A DNA stretch of 64,000 nucleotides from Trichoplax sp. H2. Its lineage: Eukaryota. Of the stretch, positions 29,901 to 41,600 are shown piece after piece. Each line of letters opens with the position of its first letter. The first letter of the stretch is position 1. Below the pieces are notes generated by a model. That model was given only the letters and a program-made list of their open reading frames with translations. It searched no databases and was not told the DNA's origin. The stretch is from the NCBI GenBank assembly GCA_003344405.1, contig NOWV01000223.1, forward strand, positions 1 to 64,000, given 5' to 3'. Position numbers and translations under genes: made by a program.

Positions 29901-30364
29901 TTTCAACAAGTTCCAATAAAATCCTCAAATTAAAAGACGGTAAAGCATTGATTTCGACTGATATTAATTTAATTTATTCATTATTACGAGATAGGTAAAA
30001 TTTCTTTCAGCCAATGCAATGGTAACCCTTAAAATGCGAATGAAAGCTAATTACTTGTGTTCGATTTAGATTTAAATCTCTCCTATAAAATTATACCTTT
30101 GGCAAGAGCAATAGTAAGTTTTACTTTTCACTTTAATTTATACCGTGATTCTTTATTAATCCTATTCGATTGGCTGACCTAGCGATCGGATACATGATAT
30201 TCGTGTCTGCTAAGATTTTACAAATTGTTCAAATTGTAATTAAACATTATCTAGGAAATTTATAATATAGCAATAAATAATTTAACCATTGAAGCATTTC
30301 AACTTTATTTTAGACAAAACCAATTAATGAGCAGGAAGAAGGAAGATTGAACTGCGCCTATTGA
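8935..30364 (+). CDS. Adhesion GPCR 1: signal peptide, C-type lectin, Ser/Thr stalk, GAIN/GPS, 7TM (ADGRD/GPR133-like TM domain); multi-exon
   Basis: Exons 8935-8991 (MGTSSNYFMAKAIYGFIIT), 12824-12845, CTLD 14619-15032, many phase-1 stalk exons ~15157-24447, GAIN ~24515-26323 (CMYWD), GPS 26459-26558 (WNNTGC...CVCNHL|THFALLLQ), 7TM exons ~27045-27154, 27275-27374, 27490-27640, ~28038-28104, ~28388-28454, 28621-~28725, ~29080-29205, 29357-29398, tail 29553-29615, 29870-29939, 30070-30113, 30314-30364 (TKPINEQEEGRLNCAY*). Splice phases consistent where checked. Confidence 0.9.
14619..15032 (+). CDS. C-type lectin domain exon of adhesion GPCR 1 (EPN motif)
   Basis: SCPPGW...C, WIGL, YSNW-HPLEPN, C, WRD..C...FICE; whole domain in one phase-1/phase-1 exon. 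Confidence 0.95.
18351..18840 (-). mobile_element. Solo-LTR-like element, family B (reverse orientation), intronic
   Basis: Reverse complement of 32864-33358; flanked by TATAC direct repeats (18346-18350, 18841-18845). Confidence 0.85.
19760..19789 (-). mobile_element. Terminus of a further element related to family A/C ends; extent unknown
   Basis: Minus strand reads TGTCACGGTACCAACTACCGTGAA, nearly identical to the family A 5' end, but the adjoining sequence differs; other end not found. Confidence 0.45.
20669..20758. mobile_element. 90-bp palindromic (fold-back) mini-element in an intron of GPCR 1
   Basis: TGAACG(T/C)AACCGTATGCGAAGTCG...CGACTTCGCATACGGTCACGTTCA arms around central TGCCCGGGCA; flanked by TTTA direct repeats (20665-20668, 20759-20762). 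Confidence 0.75.
22260..23130 (+). repeat. Tandem duplication (~455 bp unit) of a two-exon stalk module with introns
   Basis: ~22260-22700 aligns with ~22715-23130, e.g. GAAATCAAGCCTA, TATTTTCTCAGAA and the donors g|gtaaa and g|gtagg recur. Confidence 0.8.
23310..23754 (-). mobile_element. Solo-LTR-like element, family A (reverse orientation), intronic
   Basis: TGTCAC...GTGACA ends; perfect TSD TCATC (23305-23309, 23755-23759); reverse complement of 36460-36901 and 53381-53815. Confidence 0.9.
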
Positions 30365-31937
30365 TTTAACTATTGCATCTCTCCTCATGTGACACGATTA
30401 AGTACGACAATGTACATTGTTGTCAAGAGATTTGAGGAAAAGCAATTTTATGAACAAAATAATTGCAGTGGCTATTACGTCTTGAATACTTTGATTTAAA
30501 TTACTAGCAAGAGTATAAATGACTCTTACGACACTAGCAGCAAGTATTATAAATACAAGTAATTAATAAGAGCAAGTAATATCATCAGATTGACTTGGTA
30601 TCATGTTTGCTCTGTATACTAGCAATAAAATTTATTCTGCAATTAAATTCGGGTGTTGCGATCTGTAGAGGGTCGTACCTTAATTTCTTACCTAAGTGAT
30701 GAGAATTTCGTCGATATTTAAAATCATACAGTCGCATGCTGCCATTAGAGCACGATAGGTGTCATATTTTCTCTTCATAAACTTGGTTTGTGATGGTAAC
30801 CCAAAAGTAATCGCGGGTAATGAGTGATTAATCATCTAAATTCAATTAAGTTTCAATAGCTCTTGGAATATGCGAAAAATTGCCAATATTTATAGGAAAT
30901 TATTCTTTAACAATTGGAAAATTCTTCTGATCAAAGTTTTTGATCTTTAAATATAATGTATTAACGGATATGAGAATAAAGAAATATCCATTTAAGCGAT
31001 TATTGTAATTTCTTTATCGTTTTTGAAAGGAATTTTTTCTGACTATTTGACGATACAAATTCTGCCAGGATTTGTGTTTATTTTGCAAATAAGAATAATT
31101 GAAGTTAACCTTATAAATATAAGTAATATCTCATTCACATTAATAAAGTAGGCAGTATCTTTTGTATAATACATATCATAACTTAATCAACTATTAGGCG
31201 GTGATACCTCCGAATGCAGACATATTCATTGAGTATCCTTTAATCTTACTTAGCTACGGTATCAGTTAAAATTATCCCCATAACTTTCTCATCTATAACA
31301 TAAAAATTTTAAAATTACTTTAAGAACTTGCTAAAAATGACTATTATTACGAATAGAAATTTTAAATTAGGGATCAGCCAGCTAATCTAGAAGTCACTTT
31401 ACGAGGCAAGCCTATTTAATAGTTAAAAGCTCTAAATCGGAGATTTTCACACATTAAAAATAATTAGTTTTTTCAGTCGTAAATAGGTATCGCTAATATT
31501 GCGAATATAAGATCCAGCTAAAAGGCTATTAAATTAATAAATACAGTAGTAAAGTCCACAATTCTATATTTAGGCAGATCAATACGCAGCTAACCTTTGG
31601 AAAAAAATTAGAAAAGCAAGAATGGGAAACTGTTAAAAATAATATTAATTGCTTGAAGTATTGGCTAAATAATTTAGAAATTAAATATGCTTCAGTAGAA
31701 ATATCTGATGGCAAAGAAAAGTTATTTTTGGAAGCTCTACGTATTCCGAAAATTTAGATTATTAACACCAATTTGAGTTAAATCACCATCGATATAAATA
31801 ATATGGAGCATCAATTTAGAAATGCAACTTTTTAGGAGCAGAATAATGCAAGAAAATTGGTTTATATATATTACGAGCTAGAAATAACCCTAACTTGCAA
31901 CAAGAATTTAGAGGGTAATTTCTATTCTATACTACTT

Positions 31938-32816
31938 ATCTCAAACTTAACTTGCGAACTACTAACCTAAACTAATAGATTACTTATTCCTATCTCCACT
32001 ACACCTGGAATTCTACTGTGTAGTAGTTCTATACTACTTACGGCCACACAGGGTGTAATGTAACTAGTATCGTGATTGTAGACTGCTAGCCATGTTTAGT
32101 ATAATGTATAGTAGATATTATCCTAAGATATATTTGGTAGCTATAACTATAGGCTGTAGTGGTATAGACTCTATGCTAGAGTACAGATGACAATATACAG
32201 TAAGATGCTGAGTTACTAATAAAGCTATAGGTAAAATAGAACTGTATATCAGACATTAGGATATGGTTAATTCATTGCACTTTGGCTGATGTGAATAATG
32301 TCTACGTAAGTACTGTAGTCGTATCCATATTGGATTAATGATGGTCCGCAGTAGAATAGTCTTACTAAGAATAATTTAACTATGTGTAATATAAGGTAAA
32401 AGGTTGCCGTGCAGATTGTAGCTGCGAATGCTACGAAAAGTAAATAAGCATGCAACTTTAGATTATTCTGTTAGTTCGTTGTAGAAGTCTTTAGTAGTAG
32501 TATTCGGTTAGAGTAGAGCTGTGTGCAGTTAATCTTTGTATAAGATTCAATAAAGCCCTTATTTTTCTAAAATTTGGAACCTCGTGATTGGTATTTATCA
32601 CACAGGGATAAGACTATTTTAAGAATTTAGTATAGTTTTATTAATAGAGTAGCCGAAGCGCTATCTTATCACGAAATGAGGGGCTGAGCATTCGCTCTTA
32701 CTTTTATACCCTACAACCGAACTTGTGGTACACACATAGTAATTTAATATGATAGCATTTACATGGTTCGTATACTCGTACGTCACTCATACTTCACGGC
32801 GAATATTTTTATAATA
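31938..32816 (-). mobile_element. LTR-like element, family E (reverse orientation), interrupted by a family D copy
   Basis: Reverse complement matches 60361-60411 plus ~60994-61285, including GGGTATAAAAG and AATAAA; split at CAGGG by 32054-32602. Ends approximate. Confidence 0.7.
32054..32602 (+). mobile_element. Solo-LTR-like element, family D, nested in family E
   Basis: TGTAATG...ATCACA; perfect TSD CAGGG (32049-32053, 32603-32607); contains AATAAA. Confidence 0.9.
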
Positions 32817-32863
32817 AAAATATTTACCAAATATATGGAGTGAGCTACGTAATAGTTACTAGT

Positions 32864-33358
32864 TGTGATAGTGTTATATACTGAATTAGGGTAAAAATAT
32901 CTATGTTAGGATAATTTTGTTAGCCTATCCTTATTTAGTTAACTTCTAATTTTACAGTTCGAATCATTGTGATTGTAACTTACTTATCAGGACATATCGT
33001 AATCTGACTATTCTGTATTAGTCATCAGATGTCTATGTCCGTAAATACTGTTATCTGCATTAGGGAGCAGTAGCTAAAATTAATGTCTAATTCAGTGAAT
33101 GATTCTAAAGCTAATCGCACCAACTATATGACTCATGAGCTATTGAGGAAGAGTATATAAACGCAATATATTGTGTAATAAAGCTAATTCTTAAACTTAG
33201 TGTTTAACATAAAATACGAGGCGTCTACGTCTTTGTGTAATCTGCTAGTAGAGCAAAAGTGTTCCTGATAGTGCAGATATTGTTCCTTGATGCTAGGTTC
33301 AAGGAATGGACTTATTAATCGTACATTACGTTATCTTGTTGCAAAGCTGTTTTTGACA
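32864..33358 (+). mobile_element. Solo-LTR-like element, family B
   Basis: TGTGATAG...TTGACA; TSD CTAGT/CTAGA; TATATAAA followed by AATAAA. Confidence 0.85.
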
Positions 33359-33619
33359 CTAGAATACTAAATATTTTATTTTCCTACTTACATGTAAACA
33401 TATAAAAGAATCCGTCAACAAATGTAGGCAATAAACTTTTTAAAAATTAGCTGCATTATACGTAATCTGCCTAGATCTATAAAATTTTATAAACTGGCTT
33501 AGGCCCTTCAAGATTTCTTTTTAAAGTTTGCTACTAATTTCTCACAATTGCATTCCAATTAATTTATCTATTTTGAATGCTCAATCGCTACCTAAATAGC
33601 TACTATCCTATTTTTTCCC

Positions 33620-36180
33620 ATCTAGTTGATTATGGTAATAATAGAATAATTGAAACATAACTTCTAAATTATGTCTCTAATTCTAGTGCGTTGGCACTTC
33701 AAAGCGGCATGATACTACAGATAAATATCTTGGATAATAATAGTTTATTTGCCACTAATGAATACCACCTGATGTATCATCATTACTTTAACAACACAAA
33801 ATTTTAGGAATGTTCTGATGAATATCTTACCTTTTACAACATCAGTTACTAAAAGGGAATCTTTGAAAGTTACAAGAAACTCTTTTGGATGCCTTCTTTA
33901 AATCGATCAAATAGTTGGTAAGAATTATGTACTCTTGCTGTGTGAGAAATTTATGAAAGTAAGTAGTCATGATAAACATAAGTTTATTTAGCCAAAGTAA
34001 TTGATGGCAGCATCGGTTAATTGTCTTTTCAATCATATTGTTTATTATACTAATTAATTACGTCGATTTCAAATTTAAACAAACAAGGAAGAAATCCAGT
34101 TAAATATCTGGCTGGACATAATTGGAATGCAGTGATACTATAATAGTATGAGTCACGTAAAATGTGAATAAAACGACACGTTATTGTTCTTAGGAGCTGA
34201 TCTATATCTTACCATTAAATAAAAACTAGAAATTTGATACGTGAGATGATCGTTGGGATAGACAAGATCCTTGTTAGTAGCAACTACAACTTTCTCCCTT
34301 GACTCAATTTAATCAGACTAGGCGATGTAAACAATTGACGCCGATAAGATTATATTAAGATTTAACTTGTTCAATTTGATCATTTATCTATAATCCATTC
34401 CAAAAAACCTAAAAAGTTAAGCAGATGTTTTCATTAACATTCAAATATCATCTTATGTAGCAATAATATGGATATAAATGTCGACAATACCTAGGGTAAC
34501 TTGAATAATCAGATACACCTGCTTCTTATCAACTTTATATTATAATCAATTGAATAGCAGATTGATTCAATACTATGGCGTTAATTAATCATATCATTAG
34601 CTACTTGATTCTTTTTTAAGTAGCAACTATTCATTCAGATATAAATTGAGATACATTAATGCCTTAGTTTGAATATAGCAACTCTTGCATAAACATTACT
34701 TATGTAAAATCAGTATTTTATACATCGATTATGTTAGCGTAATAGATTTCATACCTCCATGTTTATTAGCAAGGTAGTCTAACAGTTCACACATAATACT
34801 TTTCATTACTCATTTAAAGGGAATCATTTACAGTATCGAATTTGGAAATTCTATAGCATTGAAAAAGTTTTAGTAATTTAGGAAAGAATTATTATTGCCT
34901 TTGGCGATACCGACGCCGCCGTGATAAGGATATAGTCAATTAGGTTAATATATCGGCTTGCAGTGGAAAAAATTGAGTTGCGGTGATAAGAAATACTAGC
35001 AAATTTAGCGGCATCAGTTAAAAACGATTATAACAGCACAATCAATTGTAGAATTTTACGTGGTATTTTGGTAAGTTACTTGTTATTCATTGAGGCAAAT
35101 CCTGATAATATTTATATTTTCATTATCAAATGATTTGTTTTCATCTGGAATACATAACAGTAAAGTAATATAAAATTGTGACATATCTGAATTATATCGG
35201 TGGTATAGCTTTTATTTTCATTGCTTCACAACTTGATCCGTACTTAAATATATATGGCAAAATGGATCGAAATGGTGAATAGTTGATGTTTTGCAATCCT
35301 TCGTCAGCTTTTAAAATGAGAAAGAAAAAATTCGTAATACCAAAATTTCGGCTAACTACTAAGTGTTAGCTTTCAAATAATTAATGAGCCATGAGGTCGA
35401 TAGAGCATTGAGCTATCGCTCATGTGGCAAAGGTCAACATCGATAAATATTAATAGTTAAATAATATTAGCTGTAAAAAAATTAGTTAAACTATCTTCGA
35501 ATTATCGTTGATGGTACTATAATTAACAAAATTTGAGGAAAAACACGAAATACAGCACATTAATTGTGATTACATTTGAATTATCTAAAATCTATCTTTA
35601 TTATTATGTATAGACGACTGATAATAAACCTTATTCCTAACATACTTCATTCACTATTCTAAGGAATATGCGAACGATATTTAACCGAATATATTTGCTT
35701 TTCTTAAAATTAATTAGCCAGTTATTCGTTATAATATTACTTTAACTTTCTCCTCCTGATCATCATTGACTATATTACAGCTACGATAATGATACATTAA
35801 TATATATGTTAAGGCCAAAATCCGTAATACGTAACCTATACACAGTTTGTGGCTTAAAATGAAAGTGTGGTTAGAATTTGATTTAGTAGCGTGGATAGCT
35901 ACTGTAATCGCCTCACTGCTGCACAGTTAGTTTCGTAATTTAAAGATCTTACTGTCTCAGACCGGCTTAAATTTCTGTACTATCATCGTTTCATCATCAG
36001 CCAAGGCCCACTAATATACTTTATTCTACGTAAACCGTTGCAGCTACAAAAATAACAAAAGAATCTAAGAATATCGAATGATTCATTCAAAGCTCAATAC
36101 TTTAGAATTGAATAGAAATCGATAAGTTCTCATTCACCACCGTAAAGTTTTATTTAATTCATTTTCATTTCATTAAGGTA
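33620..36180 (-). pseudogene. Decayed cadherin-repeat gene remnant, copy 1
   Basis: Minus-strand fragments KADEGLQNINYS, KVVVATNKDLVYPNDHLTYQI...IDQLLRTIT, DDTSGGIH, MPL*SANAL resemble cadherin motifs (DxDxGxN, VxATDxD, LTYxI, IDxxTGxI, PPLS); alignable along its length with ~61350-63950. Confidence 0.6.
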
Positions 36181-36459
36181 TAGAAAATCATATCAGTCAA
36201 AATACCGTAATTAATCATGAAATGACTGTTATGATTAGGTTCTTATTCTTACAAATATTACACTACCTAATCAATATCGGATTGACAATGGCGTTTCTGT
36301 ATAAATTGTAATGAAATGAAATGTGAGCAACCAAGCTAAAAACTTCAAACAAACTTTCATTCTACTTTCTTTGTACTCTGGTCGACAAAGCAAAACTTTG
36401 ATATCAAATACAATTGGGGAATCAATCAATCAACAATTTATTAAGAAAATGTGACGGAG

Positions 36460-36901
36460 TGTCACGGTACGAACTACCGTGAAAAAATAGCTATCTAAAT
36501 TTGGTCAATATAATATAGTGATAATATATTACAACTAGCTACTTTCAGTAGGAATTACTCTAATTATAAATGTGTTACAGTAAATTTAATGCTGTGCTGT
36601 AATGTGTACTGAAATGAATATGTGAACGGACATATTGTAGTCCGACTTTGAAAAATTAATTAGTAGATGTTCTCACCTAAGTGTTTTTATAAGATGACTC
36701 GTGAATGTTATCTGCTGTAGAAGGGTATATAAGCCCGTCAGATAGTTGAGTAAAGCAGTTCTCAATTGTCTAGTTGAGTTTAGCGTAGAATCAAAGGCGT
36801 CTAAATTCTTGTGAGGTAGTTAAAGGATACTGATTTCTGGAGACTATAGTAATTTAGAGATTTGTTTTACGTTCTCCTTATCACGAAACTGGTTTGTGAC
36901 A
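36460..36901 (+). mobile_element. Solo-LTR-like element, family A
   Basis: TGTCAC...GTGACA; TSD CGGAG/CGGAT; TATA-like GGGTATATAAG. Confidence 0.9.
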
Positions 36902-38405
36902 CGGATTCTGATCAAATAACCTTCCCAAATACCTAATTCTAAGTGTAATAAGCAAAGAATTAAAAAAACGGCAGAACTGAAACTGTCAACAACCTAGCGA
37001 CCTAACAAAAAGAAGAACATTTTAACTTACAACAGTTCGACCTAGGAGACCTTTAAAATTCAACAAGTTCTTCAAACAATCTTCTTTTGCTCTACTTTAA
37101 ATTTTCTGATTGCACTATCATTTATAGACTTCGCAAAGCCATTCCTCAGTGGTGCGTGGAACTAAATAGTTATTAAGCAATCACTCTTAAGATCCACTTT
37201 AGAAACTACTTTGCACCACTTAAGAAAACAAAATTCATTCAAAGTTCAGACACAATTTATACATTATAAATTCCTTACAAAACACTATAAAATACGTCAA
37301 TTTTCACTTATAACATAATTTCTAATCATAAGACATTACAAAAGTCTAAAATTAACCTTTAAACAGCAAGACTTAGTCATAAAAACAACAGTCTAACTAC
37401 TTAACAATCAACACAACCTCTGGCATTAGCCATCTTATTTTCTATTTTTTCAACTAAATTTTCGTAATGTAGCTTTCACGTCACGTCATAAATTCCCGTA
37501 GTTTCATATTCACAACAAAAAGTTCAAATTTCAAAAGTCAACTCTTACATCATTTTCCAAAAATAAACTCCGAAAATCAAAATTTTATAAAGATCACAGT
37601 AATCGCTTATCAAAAAATTTTATATTACAACTATGGCAACTTTTCTGACATTAGTATTGACAGTTGATGTTTTAGCATGAAGTTGTACGTTAATTGTACT
37701 ATTATAGCCAACATTAAAGAACTTTACTGTCATGTTATAAATCCGCTTTCTCTATGGATAGGGTTTTTTACGAAGTCAATATCATTTATAATCTCGATAG
37801 ACTATCAAACGCCCTTTCTTTAGATTATGCGATTTCTCTTAGGTTATTCCTATAGCAATTTATATAATATCTTATAAAATAGCGAAGAAAAAAAGATGAC
37901 GACAATAAGATTTTGGCAGGGCAAAACTGAAAGATACTATCACTTTCTAGGTATTTTCTATAGTAAATGAAAAAATTTACGTAGTAAAAGCTTTAAAGGA
38001 CTCTGCTTTTAGTCCTTTATTACATAATGACATAACGATTATGTACGACGATAACTGAGGGTGAACTAAAATATTCGCATCGCAATAGCCTTCTTCTGTT
38101 TCAAAAAATTTATAGCTATTATAAGAAATATTCAATCCATTTAAATAGTAAATTAATCCATATTTTTTCAATACTTGAAGTACTATGAACGCGCTGTTTT
38201 AATACATCATCCAGGGTAAAATGATTGTGCTGTAAAATCCAGATATCTTACTTATATTTACAAACATAATCGGTATCTTTGTTGACACAAGGTCTAATAG
38301 AATTATAACTATTATAGATTTTAGATATTATCCAAAAAAGTTTAGCAGCTTGAAGTACAAAATAATACAGATAAACGCCAGTGCTATATTAAAGCACAGT
38401 ATATC

Positions 38406-38484
38406 CAAATTAGAAGTTAACTAAATAAGGATAGAATTATCCAACAGATATTTCTACCCTAATACGGTATATAACATTGTCACA
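38406..38484 (-). mobile_element. Fragment of the family B 5' end
   Basis: Reverse complement of the first ~85 bp of 32864/54153; lies ~200 bp upstream of the GPCR 2 start codon. Confidence 0.6.
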
Positions 38485-38693
38485 ACAAGGCCAAATTATG
38501 ATGTAATCCATTAAAATCTCTCTACCTTGACAGATTTTCACTTTACGGCTGGAGAAAATTCTTATTCTTCAAACAACGCATAGTAACATACATTACTACT
38601 AACAACGTTACATAAAATTTAAACAAAGACTAGCTTTCCACATATCTTTTATTTTTCATGTTAATATATTTTTTATTTTTTTGCCTAGAGAGC

Positions 38694-41600
38694 ATGAAAA
38701 TTCGTTTTAAGTACTTCATTCCGGGAGTAATGTGGATTTATTCCATCCAGGTAATTAATCGTCTGGTTAGAAATCAGTTTATGAACCATCTATAGTTACT
38801 ATCAAAGAGAACTTTTAAAGATAATAAAATAGTGCAATATTGAGACTATATTCTGAACCGTTTTCGATATTTCCGCTGTCTATGCTCCTATTCTTAGTAT
38901 TCTAATTTAATTTTTTACAGATGCACATTCAGCCAACTGCAGGTAATGTAAATCCTTTTAAACTGTATGTAGTTTCTTTAACTACTTTTGAAAATAAAAT
39001 TAGAATAGCAATCACTTTAACCCTAATCAAGAAGTGACTGACAGAAGCAGTATCAAAAGCATTCAGTTTGCCACTTACCTAAATATACGCTAAAAATTGC
39101 CAACTAATCACTATAATATTAAATTAATGAATATAAATCATAGCAGATCATTTAATCTTATATTTTAGAATTAAAAATTCAATTAGATAATTTAAGCATT
39201 AAAACAATTTTTCCTGATATAAGAAAATTGTAACGAGAAGTGCAAAACATCTGTTATAACGAGGCTTTTAATTTCTATTTAAATACTTACTACATTATCA
39301 AGTATAAAATATTTATATTTTGTTTTCCTTTTATAAAGATAGAAACATTAGCAAATGAAGATTTTGTCGTAATCTACAAATATTTACAACAATTAAATAC
39401 AACCAATTTTATAAGTAAAATATAACTGCAATACCATGGACAATTACGATTGAGTGTTTTTATTTCTGAATCAAATTTCATTGTCACTCTATTAATATTT
39501 TTTGCTAGCTCTAATAATAACTTTAAAATAGAGATATAGCGAAGTTTCATAGTTAGAGAATTTTCGAAAATAATTTCATTTATGAAGATATTAGAATAAA
39601 TTTTCTCATTTTGAACAGTACATAAGAAATGAAACCTGTTCTAATAATGTTAATTAGAGTGTAGATCACACAAGTGATTTATAGTAGTAGGTTTATTATT
39701 GATTCTCTATCAATTGAGATCTTATGTAATAACAAAAAAAACTCTGATAGACCATGAAAACTTCCTACAACATCAGATCTTTGAAAAGAAGGACTAAGAA
39801 CAGCAGCGACAGGAAAGTGTAGCCGCTTAAAATACTTTATTAAAGTTATTTACAACATAACGATTGCGAAAAACATCACTTGACACTTACAAAACTTAGT
39901 TTGAGAATAAAATTCTATGATTAGTATCATATTTTACGAAGCTGAAATCAACATACTTGAATTATCGCAAAAATTGCTTATATATAGCTTTTATTGTCAG
40001 CAGTCCTAGATTTTGGTATATATTTAAGTTATATCTAATTCATTTCTAAAAAACCTGTTGACAACAATAGCTTTTCTAACAATTTCACTACAACATAAAA
40101 GATCGATGTTCTATTGAAAAAGTTATAAATCTCTAAATGATAATAATTATATAGTTCCTAAACATTAAATTACACTATTATTTAATGGAAACTACCAATA
40201 GTACAGCGATTAAGTTAGTACTTCATTTACAAAACAAAGTTGTATCTATTGTAAGTTTAGATATTCTTATTGAAATTATGCTTACTAAAATAAATAGTAT
40301 ACATGAGCTATAGGAAATTTTGGTAAAATTTATTGGAGCTTGATTTATCTCATTATATTATTAATATAAATCTTATTTAAATGCAGTAACTGTTAATAAT
40401 CAATGATTACTATATAGACGACAATTGTTAGATACCTTTATTCTTAAATGTATTGTTGTTGCCAATTATGACAAATGTACGGTATACTCTTTGTTTTAGT
40501 AACAAGCAAGATTTAAGCAAACATCAACTTCTAATATATCATATATTTATGAATACGACATACAGCTAATTGTAAAGTTACCAATTTTCTGCTATTTAAT
40601 TTCATTTTAATTAACAATATTACGATTCTTCTCTATTTAATTACGTCGAATGCTGTTCTTGACGTTAAATTGAAGCAAAAGCTGTTCTACTAACTACACA
40701 GCTTGTATATCACACCAAGTTTATAATTACAGATTATGTTTGTGATTCTCTAATGATTGAGATACGGTATTATTGCACAACAAGTTTTGGCAGATATGAA
40801 AAACCTTTATGCCATAGAAAATCTTAGAAAAGTACTAAGAAAAATTAAAACAGAATAGTAAAATTTCATGAATACCTTACCTAACTTATTTCAAATATGA
40901 TCACTTAAAACGTACAGTACTTAGCACGACAATAAAGTTCCATGATTATTATTATATTGTGCAAAACTGAAATCAGTATACTCTCGATATTAGTAACATT
41001 ACTTATCTATGCTTATTGCTGTTAACAGCTCAAGATTAGGCATTATTTTTTAGCTATATCTAGTTTACTTCTTCACAAAATGTTAACAACAATAGCTTAT
41101 ACTTATTTGACAGCTTCACTACAGTCAATAGTTCCTTTCCGAAATTTTTACTTTGAAGTAATAATGCTAAAGGTTTTTAGCAAGCTTATTACCTTATCTT
41201 AGTAGTATGCTGATCTTAATAGATGCATCAATATCTTCTTCACTAGATAAAGCTAACAAAATTTAGCTATGAATACTTATACCAACAAAATATGCATCGT
41301 AAAATTCACGAATATAACGATATCTATAAATGTTTTTTCCATAATTTTCCAAAACTAAATCTTGATAACAGTTTAATAATCATTTACTCCACCATATAAA
41401 AGTTTTAGAAATATTCAGCGGACAAAGATGGCTTATAGCATAGTTAGTAAGCAATATTATAATTTTGATTAATTCGTTGAGTAGTCCTAATCGGAAACTA
41501 TTAGAAGAAGGAAGCAGCAATGGAAAATTTCATTAACGTACTTTCAGGACTATGGTTCTTTAATTATATAATTAGACGCGCTTTTTACTAGCCCCACTTT

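Noticed and set aside
32267..32455. Near-identical 62-aa minus-strand ORFs at 32267-32455 and 56705-56893
   Set aside because: Both lie inside family D elements; similarity reflects the repeat, and the ORF start is deleted in the 3133-3637 copy.
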